Assembly: GCA_028023455.1 (NCBI GenBank)
Contig: JAQFVV010000004.1
Location: forward strand, 23,436,001-23,500,000
Length of the DNA stretch: 64,000 nucleotides
Source of the DNA: Epiperipatus broadwayi
Lineage: Eukaryota > Animalia > Onychophora
Direction: 5' to 3'
Below the pieces are notes generated by a model. That model searched no databases and was not told where the DNA came from. It saw only the letters and a program-made list of their open reading frames with translations. Positions 13,440 through 24,889 of this stretch are shown here, in pieces (position 1 is the first letter of the stretch; each line of letters begins with the position of its first letter). A program made the position numbers and the translations under genes.

Positions 13440-15080
13440 TTACATTCATACACTTCACTAACAAATGATCTTATTCCGGCTAATACTTACAAACATCTAA
13501 ATTAGATCATCATTCCCATTCTACCTATGTATTATAATCAACTTTGTTCACATGATTATTACTTACCTAACATTCACTACTGTAATTTTCTGCCTTAGAA
13601 AAAATTCAAATGCTTTATATAACTCTCAATGAATGATCATCTCACTGGAGAATTAAAAAAAATGTTTGCAAGAATCATTCTTAAACAACTAAATTATTTT
13701 ATCATTCTTCGGCTTTTCTCATTACATTATGGAGTTAAAACCTGCTGTGCATCTCAAGCTATTCTTTTAGCACAGGAATCAATACTGTATGCAAAAGAAA
13801 ATAAATTAAAAATTTATGTTGCAAGCCAAGTTGACTTTTAGGCTGCTTTTGACTTGGTAAACTGGGAATACTCGTTTAGCACATTAAATAAACTTCTGCC
13901 AAACCATACACATCTAAGTACTGCCATAGAAAATCATCTTCCCAATATATCTATCAAGTTTAAAAATTACATGCACCTCTCTTCACCTTTTAAACCAAGC
14001 CAAAGTATTTCACAAGACTCACCACTTGCATCGCTACTATTTGCTATATATATATCAAAGAAATTGAGCAGAGCACAGGTCTCTTTCTTCCTCAGCTTGG
14101 AACTGTTTTTAAAGTAGTATTTTTTGGATGCTATCCAGATAGACTAAAGAGACCTACAGAATATTCCTCTCATTCTTCATATTCTGAGCAAATTCAAACA
14201 CTATTAATAGAATCTGCAATACAACCTTATGTCATCCATGTATAGGGATAGTTACAGGTAGAAATTACCTTCATTCTTCACAGGAACATTCTCATCTTTT
14301 ATTGGAATTCTAATAAACTTATCTAAAACACAAGTTCAATTTAAAAATAAAAGCTTTCTGATGAAAACTGCTTAGCCTATAGTAAAAGTTTGTATAGTTA
14401 ATGCCATTCTGGATGGAATACTTGCTTACTACAGTCCATGAATGCACTGTTAAAAATCTCATGCCTACATTAAAATCATATATCTGGGGATTATTATCAC
14501 ATCTATCAATTACAAGTACTTTTTTTCCTATTTGTAAAGATGGTCTTAAGTTAATATGTCCTCAATCATTAGACTTCTACATCAGAGCTAAACTATACAT
14601 CATAATCTTAGTTAGTCCAATTCTGGAAGTCACACCACATATAATATTGATTGTTCCACTTCACTATGCAAGTTATCCTTTTTTACTGATCATGGTATCG
14701 ATCATGCAGATCTGTTGGACAATTATAATATCAAATCTTTCATTGGTGTTTTATTTAAAGATTTGAAAAAAAAAATATATGTATCCCAGTAGATACCTAT
14801 GATCAACCTTCCCAACTACCAAAACTTTAATCAGATTCCAAAATATGTGTGTTCATCAAGCATGGTTTGAACTTTTGGTTAATTTATTACTTGGTACAGT
14901 TCTTACAAAAATCTTCCTCATTGATCTTTTTAAATTAAATCTGGATCCCACATGTGTAATAATCATTCACAAGATGTGATATACATTTTTCATAACTATC
15001 ATCCATGCAACACTTTGACTTTCACAAGCAAATTAAACATTTTCATTCTTACAATGTTATAGTAATTACTCATGCTCTTG
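13440..15080 (+). mobile_element. Decayed L1/Tx1-like LINE (RT and C-terminal remnant)
   Basis: ORFs 13629-13841 and 13854-14117 plus the linking sequence give VDF*AAFDLVNWEY and SQDSPLASLLFAIYI, degenerate forms of the DF.KAFD.V.W.Y and RQG.PLS.LLF motifs. Confidence 0.7.
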
Positions 15081-15682
15081 GAACCATGTGGTTCACTTAA
15101 CTGTTCAGTAATTTTTGATAACAAAAAAATAAATTTTTTTTAAAAATATACATATTTACATGTTCTAAAAAATACCAAGTAGTACTATGAGAAACTTTTG
15201 GCAGAATAATATTTTTATTAGTTGTATATTACTTTAGAATGATGTAAAGCAGATAAATTATACATGATATAAAATGAAATTATTTTTAACTGCCCTCAAA
15301 CATTAGTTATAATGATTATATTTTTAGTCCTGTATATATGTTAAATTTGTTATTAATAATAAAAAAAAAAGTATCAAACTCATAAAGTTTATTTTATAAC
15401 AAAAAAACAACAATTGGATTAAAATGTAGGTGATAAGTTTTATTCAGCTTCCATAGTGTTTTGAAATTGTGCAACTTGTATAAAGGCTTCCAGTGTTCAT
15501 GTTCAGAAATAGTCTTAAGAATATTTTTGGACATGAATGCCGCATGCTGCTATTTTTGGTTGCATATCATCAAGAATAATGTTTAAGGTGATGAACATTT
15601 TTTTTTTTTTTTAAAAAAATCTATATATCATAAAAATTATTTTTTACAATTATTAAACTATTAAAAAAAATAATATACTTAC

Positions 15683-15913
15683 ATATGCTTTAAAAGACAT
15701 TTTTGGCTTGAAGACCCGAGGGCTTCCTCCCAAAAATTGTAGATGTAATGAACTGTTGTAAATAAGAGCCTGAGCATATCCTACTTCAATGATATTTAGA
15801 TAAGTATCACCTATATAAGCCTGGACTAAAACTTCAGATTCAGAGAGATCTGTTGAAGGAAGTTTTTCATGTATTTCATTCATAGTAAAAATGAAATCTG
15901 TAACTCCATCAAA
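15683..15913 (-). CDS. Mcr: Internal exon of the Mcr/Tep6-like gene
   Basis: Acceptor ctttttctttttcag and donor gtaagt bound a 231-nt phase 0-0 exon: FDGVTDFIFTMNEIHEKLPSTDLSESEVLVQAYIGDTYLNIIEVGYAQALIYNSSLHLQFLGGSPRVFKPKMSFKAY. Confidence 0.85.
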
Positions 15914-16041
15914 CTGAAAAAGAAAAAGGGTATAGGCTCACACAAAAATTTAAATTTTCTAAAGTTTATATAAAAAAATTCAAAGAAATGTTATATTCAA
16001 TCGTAATATTGTTTCAATCCTCCATATAAATATAACAAATG

Positions 16042-16237
16042 GATGCTAATTCAGTATGCGATCTTTGCCCTTTTGAAATTCAAAAATGACCAAAGATGTC
16101 ATCTGACACATCTAAGTGATTAAAAAGTACATGAAAATGCAAAAAATTTAAAACTCGGGTCACTTAGATGTATCAGACGACGTTTTTGAGCATTTTTGAA
16201 ATTCAAAATGGTGGAGATATTATACTAAATTAGCACC
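16042..16237. mobile_element. Foldback MITE-like palindrome (about 78-bp imperfect arms)
   Basis: gatgctaattcagtat...tctgacacatctaagtga pairs with tcacttagatgtatcaga...atactaaattagcacc. Confidence 0.8.
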
Positions 16238-17199
16238 TAACAAATGCCTAATGTTGAGCTTTTGCTATATTGGCATGAAGAATTAGTTTCACTTAAGAAT
16301 AAATAATGATGATTTGTTATCTTAAATCTATATATATATTGACAACTAAAATTTAGTGCATAATGATTGCGGTTGGCATTTCTTTATATATTTTCAAGAT
16401 AAACTTATTCAATTGATTTATTTAATTGTTATATGTATTTATTATGATGTATATGAATGTTTCATATAAATATAAATTATTTTTTATAATATTTATATAA
16501 AAATTAGTAATTTTTTTAAACAGATTATGTAGTTGAAATATTTTTTTAAATAAATGGAAATATCTGTTATATTTTATTATAGAAAAATCACAGTCAGATG
16601 TTAACAGACAGTGATCAATGGAAATAGCAAACTGTAAATACTTTTTGCATAATATATACATTTTTTGAGAATTGCATGACACTTAAAAATTCACCCATGA
16701 CTCCTTATCTTATGACTTGTGCGTCCACTGTTTTAGATCATCAATTAACTATTTTCATCTTAGAAATATGTCCTTTATAATTCTTTTCTGCTGTATTCTT
16801 TCTTCAATATTTTAACACTATTAATTTGTAATTAAACTTTTATTTTTTTCTCATTGTCCAAGTATCAATTTCACATGAAACTGCTTTTCAAACAGAACAT
16901 TTAACAATCCCTTTTTTAAAAATGTTGAAGAGTTGCAAATTATTACATTTATTTTTACACATTGCAATTTTCATGTTCTTTGTTTTTGGAATTCTTCCAA
17001 AATACAGATAACTAATTACCTAAAGTGCTCAAAATTATCAATTTGCTCGGTCTTATTTTAGGTTATTTTCTCCCCATTAATCATTCTTACTACTTTATCA
17101 TTTATTTTATTCCAAACTTTGTATAAAGTTCATTTATCTTATTTTATATAATGTATTTAGTAGTATGTTTTTATCATATGATGCAAGATTAGCTTATCA

Positions 17200-19280
17200 A
17201 ATGAAACAAGGAACTGTGCAGATGATATATAGGTAAAATTTCTTTATGGTGAAAATAACTGGTAACACCTCTTTGTCAATATGGCTGTAATTTTTTTCAG
17301 CTGCTGACTATACTCTTGAGGTGTTGGATATTGGATGTTTTCCACCTCAACACTGATGGGAAATGACAGCTCCAACACATATTCTGATGCATCTATAGTA
17401 ATTATAACTTCTAGATTACTATGGTAGTATATCAAAAGTTTATGCGATGTTAAGAAATCTTTAGCTTTTTGAAATGCCAAATATTATTCACTAGTTCATT
17501 TCCACTGTTGTTTCTTTTTTTAAGAGTTGATATAATGATAATAACAAATGTGACTTACCTTTTAAGATTATCTCATAAAAGTTGATACAATGATGATAAC
17601 AAATGTGACTTTCCTTTTAAGATTCTCTCATAAAAGTTGATACAATGATGATAACAAATGTGACTTTCCTTTTAAGATTCTCTCATAAAAGTTGATACAA
17701 TGATGATAACAAATGTGATTTTCCTTTTAAGATTCTCTCATAAAAGTTGATACAATGGTGATAACAAATGCGACTTTCCTTTTAAGATTCTCATAAAAGT
17801 TTAATAGTCCTAGAAAAGTCTAACTTTTTTATGTTCCTTGGTCTCACACCATTCTTTATAGCCTTCATCTTGTCTGGATTAGTATATCTTCCATTTATGA
17901 TATGACCTGGAAACTTTATTTTTTTAGTGGATCAGATACATTTTTTAATTTTTATTGTAGCTCTTACTTTTTCAAATTTTGAGCAGACTGCATCTACACA
18001 ACTCCAATTCTAATTTAGCAATGACAAAAATATCATCTACATAGGAAATAACACAATACATAGACTTAAAAAAAGCATCAATTTTCGCCTGGAAGATATT
18101 AGGCACTACTGTAATTCCATATGTGAATTAATTGCCATTCTACAGTCTCCTAAGTATGGTCAATGTTAATACTTTACTATTTTTTCAACCATTGGAATCT
18201 AGTAGAATGCAACTTTAAAGGCTATCTTTGTGAAACATGAAGCTTTTTTGTAATGATGCCAGTGCTTCAAGTATATATGAAACAGACTAAAAATCTTTAT
18301 TCATAAATTTATTTAATGTAATTCGATAATTACACAATATTAGGTTTCCATCTGGTTTCATTATAACAACTACAGGTGTATACCAAGATAAAACTTCCAT
18401 TGGTGTTAAAATTATTTTTTGGATCATTTCATTGAGTGTTTTTTTCAATTTTCTCTTTTAGGGCAAATGGAACTTTGTGGAATATACAGACAAAACACAA
18501 CATTGACCAGACATGTTATTAGCTCTAATTGATTCAGACTTAAAACAGCCCAGAATATCTTTTTCACATTAGAGTTTTGAAATGGTCTCTTTATCATGTT
18601 TACATAAATTCCTAAAGATTGAAACCAGTTCCTTCCCAGTAACAGACTAAATTTTTATTAACTATGTATAATGTGTAAAATTTTACTTTTACAGGTACTA
18701 TTATTTTTCCACATATATTAATGTTATTTCTGTTAATATTCATATTCACCAATGCTAACTTTTTAATATACCTTTTGCTGACTTTTACTCAGTAAGACTA
18801 AGATATCAATAATAGGCCTGCTCCACTGTCCACCTCTTTTATTACATTTTGGCCAAATATATTCACATTCAGTAGTGTGTTATCCATTTTAGTATCATTA
18901 AACTTTTTTATACTGAAATTTGCTTACTGTTAATACTAACAGACTTAATTTTATGTTTTACTTTTCTGTTTGCAGACTTTTCACAAATGACCAGGTGTAC
19001 CGCAACAATAACAAATTATCCTATATTTTTCTCTACTGGGGTTCAGAGCATTTCTTTTTATATTGTAAAAGAGATTTTTTCTAGTTATTGTGGTTAATAC
19101 AAATTCTGAAATGTTATCCAGCATGGTTTTCTGCACAATACATTTATTCATAACATAGTTGAAATCAGATTCATTCCCATTTTCCCAAAATTAGTCCAGC
19201 ATGCCATAGAGAAATTGTCTAGAAACATTTAGAGTCCAACATGCCATACAGAAATTGGCTAGCAACATGACATTAATTTC
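17200..19280 (-). mobile_element. Decayed Ty3/Gypsy (Mag/K02A2.6-like) internal fragment: gag-PR-RT-RNase H
   Basis: The minus strand gives MFLD.FLYGMLD (gag), CYCCGTPGHL.KVC (knuckle, about 19000), EVDSGAG (protease, about 18820), SYVDDIFV (RT, about 18035) and ITIDASEY (RNase H, ORF 17244-17480). No LTR recognised. Confidence 0.85.
17526..17798. repeat. 55-bp minisatellite, 5 copies (last copy 53 bp)
   Basis: Unit gttgatacaatgatgataacaaatgtgactttccttttaagattctctcataaaa starts at 17526, 17581, 17636, 17691 and 17746. Confidence 0.97.
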
Positions 19281-19649
19281 CAGGCTGAAAATCACAATCC
19301 ATCAAACAAATTTCTTAATGATAAATTGTAATCCACATGTTTCTCATGAGGTAATTGTTTTCTATTTCTCAGCCTGTTGTGCTACCCATTTTGATATTCT
19401 TGGAATGAAATACCCATTCAATTTCTCAATCACTTCTTGATATGAAAGTTACTCCAGTCTTTTGGTGTCACAATCTATTTGCCAGTGGACAATATTCTGT
19501 CCTGCAAACCATATAAGCCTAGATACTCAAATGTTCTTAGTCTATCTTATTTATGAGCATGTAATATCATTCCACATTTTCAACATAATTTTTCCACAAA
19601 GCGACATTATTCATGTCAAATTATTAAATACTAGTATTTAGTGACACTA

Positions 19650-20300
19650 TATTCTGGCTATAACTACCAGACTGAAGTATTTTATTATTCCTTCACTAAC
19701 CCTTTAATGACTTGACTTGTGCCATTCAACTATTTGCACACAGATCTATCATAAGTTGTCCACTACAATCATTCTGCTATGTCCTGAAGGCATTTAAAAT
19801 ACCATACCAGAAGCATAAAAGTTAATAATACATAAATACACGTTTAGTATCAAAGGATTTATTTGACAATAATAATAAAGTAAAAAAAATAATAAAGAAA
19901 TTGAAAGTCCATTCCAATAAAACATGTCTCTAAGATTTATCCTCTAACGGTGTTTACCATCTCACACACTATAGATAAGATTAAATACACAGTTTGTGTT
20001 TCAAATTTCAATCACTTTAAACACAGACGTGCTTGATTCAATTAGATAGATAAGTATAGCTTTTAGAAGCAACATTCCTCTAGAAATTTAAATGTCTTTA
20101 TCCTACAATGCAATTATTTTTTCAGACACATCAGATTTTCTAAAAGTTCATTTCATGTGTTTACATAGTCCACACACATCATTTAGGCATAACATTATCT
20201 TTAATACAACTACTTCTAGCTTCATACTGCTGTTGGGTTGATTTCTCAGTTTTACTATCTACTGATAAACCATTTTAGCAAGGCACCAACAAACATTGTT
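19650..20300 (-). mobile_element. Decayed RTE-like LINE C-terminal remnant
   Basis: The minus strand near 19790 reads L..F.WYG.IL..P..RM.., resembling the RLRW.GH..RM region. Heavily mutated. Confidence 0.4.
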
Positions 20301-22632
20301 TCTAGATGAGAGGGGGGGATTATATGTCATTCTGATTGTATATAAATGATTACATACTATTTCGTTAATTTTGATTTGCAAATCTTAACTTAATGGGTAT
20401 AAAGATTTTTCTATAGTGGTTAAATTGAAATAATTAAATTTTGAAATAATCTGAACGTATTTACAAAAAATAAATGATTTTTATTTACAGTATATACATT
20501 ATATGCACAGGCATTCTATGGCATGCGTAGAGAAAGTTGAATGCGTATAAAAAAGAAAGGACATGTTTATTTAAATAGTAAAAGATGTAATTGATTCTAA
20601 CTAAAATAATAAAATAAAATCTATATATGAAGTTTTAAAAAAAATGTTAATTTCTATCTAATGAAAACTAAATATATTTGGCGAAAGTTTGTTATAGTGA
20701 AAGAATACAGAACTTGTAAAGTGAATTTATATATATTTTTCTCTTGCTTATCGGGCCCATTACTAATACTTTCATTAACCTCTGGTTTGAAAAAAAAATA
20801 AAAAAATCATAAATTCCATGCAAACCCTTCCTAAATTTGATTATCACCACAAATCATTCCTCAGTCAAGTGCATAGTTGTGGTCACTATAAAAGATTTAC
20901 TTTACATTCCCTTTACCATTGCAATGAATTGTAAATAAAATTTTTGTTTAAAATGACACCAAAATGTAAAGTAATAATGAGTGCAATTCTTGTAACTAAA
21001 AGAAGCAAAATTGGTTTGTACTGAAAGGCACGACGTTAAACGTAAGGTGAAGGAGGCCTACTTCATAATGGAAGACTCCTTTGCCATTAATCCAAAGAAT
21101 CATGTTTTGCAATATCCAAAAGATGGGTTAAATGACTCATTTGTATGAAGTTTGCATACTGTACATACATAATGATTCCTATGAGTGAGTCATAATAGGC
21201 TATGATTATGTGAAATATACTTTCTCAAAAATGCTAAGCCTTTTTAATTTGTTAATTATCATTTATATAGCTTTACATTATATGTGTATTTGCACAATTT
21301 TATTATTATAATTTGATAAGCATAAAGTAGAAATCTATGATTTATAATGAAAATAATTTATTTAGTAGTGGGGGGAGGGAAGTTGTATGTTGAAGGAACA
21401 CATTCATACATGTATTTATTCATTTAGATTTGGCATGTAATGAATGTGCTCAATTTACCATTGCACTATCTTTTTTATAAGTACATTCTACTTTTGTGGT
21501 AATTGCTTTTGTTGATATCTTAATGTGTGCAATTTCCAAATATATCGTAGATTGTTTATGTTATGTGATGATGGCACTTGGTCTGTATAATTAAATGTTT
21601 GATGAGAACACAAGAATATTTGGCAGAGAGAAAAAATAAAAAGGAAGTTTAAAGGAGTTGCTCATATGATAATCCCCATGTATCAATTTAATATAATAAT
21701 CCATAAGTTTGGGAACCTTGCCCTTACAAAAAAAAAGGAAGAAATCAGGAAGATGCTCAGAGATAAATATATAAAATTTCTATTGAGAGTTGTCTTTGAA
21801 AGAATGGCTAAGTGATTAGAGAATCACATTAAATTCAGCATTCACATATCTTAAAAGATTACTGTTTCAATTCCAGTGCTACTCTATACTGATCAGGCTA
21901 GCAATAGTTGTGGAAGAAGACAGAAATAATACCACATGGAATGTTAAGTTCTATACTAAAGTGTTTTATTAACAAATGAATGTATTTAATTAAAGTATAA
22001 ATAAATAAAAATTAGAATTTTAAAAAATAATATTTAAAAATTCAACTAGATGAAGGAACATGCGAATGTTAAAGAAAAGATTATGTAGGACTTGAGATTA
22101 TCTATGGATTCAAGTATCCATGCAAAAGCTATGAGTGCAAACTGAACCTATAGTAAGAAAATTCAGCAAAGGTATTTGATACTGGTCTAATTAAAGAGAC
22201 TAATTCAATTGAAATGCATCATAAGTGTCTTTTACATATTTTTTTTCAATATCTACAACCATATGTTTAAAGTATAAAATTAATAACTGAAATTTTTAAA
22301 CATATAAAACTTTATAGCTAAAAAAAGTTGAATAGCTATTTTTTATTTTTTTAAAAGGGGAATAATATAAAAATAATAAAACATACATCATTTTTAATAA
22401 AACAAAGTCTACATCTAAATTAAAAAATATACTTCAAATACAAAACTTCTAAGATGAATTTATATAGCAAACTTTGTATTACTAAAAAACTTATGATAAA
22501 AAATATATGCTACAGAAATAAACAAATATTTATTAATAATTCTGATTTAAAAAAAATCCTATTATAATATCAATAAGCTGCACATTAATATACACAGTGA
22601 TGCTATTCATTAGAAATATTAAATATTCTTAC

Positions 22633-22756
22633 CCATTTTCTAAATTTTTCAATGGTTGGATAGGTTCGGTCATCAACAACTTGTCTATTGGCACTTACAG
22701 GTTTGATTGTCAATAGAATTGTGCAATTCCCTACAACTGGTTCCCCATTGGTGTAA
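22633..22756 (-). CDS. Mcr: Internal exon of the Mcr/Tep6-like gene (MG3 region)
   Basis: Acceptor tttttaattatag and donor gtaaga bound a 124-nt phase 2-0 exon: (N)YTNGEPVVGNCTILLTIKPVSANRQVVDDRTYPTIEKFRKW, matching the TEP motif A.YT.G.PV.G..T. It is in phase with the next exon. Confidence 0.82.
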
Positions 22757-24437
22757 CTATAATTAAAAATAATAATACTTAAACAATTACAGATCAAATA
22801 TGATAAAACTGAAATTATAAACTTTAAATACGTTGAAAATAGAAATATTAGTAAAATTATTTGCATTTTATCATATACTTAAAATAATACAATAATAACA
22901 TAAGCGAGAATAATTAAATCAATAAATTTAGTGGTATCCGTTAACAAAAATAAAATGTATTTCACCCGACATTCTTAATCATTTTTAATCATGTGATGCA
23001 ATGTTTCTAATAACAATAAAAAGCAAATCAATAATTGCATTTATTAAGGTAAATTTTTAATTTTCCACTAAATTGCACAATCTGATTTTAAACTTTCATA
23101 TAATAAAAGGCTATGTTTTAAATTAAAAACATTAATGAATACTTTTCTCAAAGCACACGAAAAGTATGTGCTTTGCTAATATTTATGCAAAATAATAATA
23201 ACTTGTTGACCCCCCCCCCCCGAATTAATTAAAAATGAAATCCTAGTTAGTATTAACAAGGCTTGTATTCCTAATGCATAAAGCATATAAAAACATTTTT
23301 GTTTAACCCAAATTGTCACAGTCTCAACTTTTTATTTGAAAGATTTGGTGCTTTGAAGTCTTACGATCAACTATTGACACTTGTTCATAAATATATTACC
23401 ATATTTATCTTAAAAAAAATGATAATAGTACATTAAATTCAAGTGTCATTATTTGAAAGACAATGGATTGTTTTATATATATAAAAATTCTCAACTTTAT
23501 TTCTTTTTGATTTTTTTTGTTTAAATCAAATTTTGCCTAACTCGAATTTCTCTTCGCATGCATAACCATGGTAAAGATCATGGAAATATTTTTTAATAAA
23601 CGGAAATAAATGCTATTACATATGGTGGGGTGGGAGTGGCGCATTTGCCTTTTATTGTCTTTATTCATGTATTTGCAAAAGAATATGTGGTAGTGTGGAA
23701 GTTATTTAATATATTCATAAAAGATGTTACACGTGGAAAAGGAGAAATGAAATTAAATAACTCTATATGTGCGGGCATGTTTAATTAAAAGAAAAACCCA
23801 GCTTTACTGATGTTTAAAGTTGATATCTGGATTAGAGATCATCTCTAGTTCAATAAATGATTAGTGATAATTATTACTGTATTTATCTAAAGTGTATTAT
23901 GTTAGTGTTGTGGATGGAGTAATTATGATACTTGTAAAATCACAATGTAACATATAAAGATGTCTTCACAGAAGACAAGACAAAATTAAGAGTTTATACT
24001 GACTTATTCAACAATTCTTGTTTGTTTTTTTTTTTTTACACTTTATATACATTGAGAAATGTTTATCTAAATCCGGATTTACTTAAATGAGGGTCCGTTT
24101 TCACTCTAAGTAAGTGATTTTGCCAGTGGTGAAGTAAAATACAAGAAATACTTAGTTTTATTTAATAAAATAAAATAAAAAGAGTATATGTTTCAGTATA
24201 TTTTTATTTTATTAAAATATTAATAACACTTTTAGTCAGATTTTTGATTTTAAAAGTTATCTAGTAAACCAAAAACAAGTGTTTTGAATGGCAGTTATAC
24301 ATTTAACCAAAAATTATATACACATATGCTCTGAGCAGTAAGATTATTCTAGAATCTATTAGAGGGCATGAACTCTTGCTGGTGAATATGATTATTATGT
24401 GAATTAGCAGCATCTTGAAGTACATGTAAAGGAAGGA

Positions 24438-24788
24438 TGTAATGTTTTCTATTGCTGTTTAAATTAGGACTTAAAAGTGGTAGAATTAAGGAAGTCTTCA
24501 GCAATGAAGAAGACAAGAGCCACAACTGCTAAGGTAAAGTCTTATACTAACTAAAATGAATGCATAATGAAACACATAAATTATGGACTATGGAGCTACA
24601 TGAAATTCAAGTGCTATATTAAGATTATGGAGACACGAATATCGAGTCATGTCTTGAATTAACTATTTCCTATTGTCATTATTATTGTGTTTCTAAATAA
24701 TAAATATATTATCACCTCAGTCTGTTTTATATTTTATTCATTCATTGCTTTTTGGGCGAGCTACAACTCCCCTGAATACAGACCAAGA
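24438..24788 (+). repeat. 5' LTR (351 bp)
   Basis: Begins tgtaatgttt and aligns along its length with 28776-29146, ending gaatacagaccaaga. Confidence 0.9.
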
Positions 24789-24800
24789 TGGTGCAGTCTG
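24789..24800 (+). other. Putative primer-binding site
   Basis: tggtgcagtctg directly follows the 5' LTR; TGG complements the tRNA CCA end. Priming tRNA not identified. Confidence 0.6.
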
Positions 24801-24889
24801 ACAGGTTTAGAGGTGATAGATAATTAGAAGAAACATAAAAGCAAGAGAGCAAAATTTGCCAGCTAGTAAGAGAAATAGAAAAAAAAATT

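Noticed and set aside
17526-17798. CRISPR array
   Set aside because: Contiguous 55-bp tandem units without spacers, derived from Gypsy pol.
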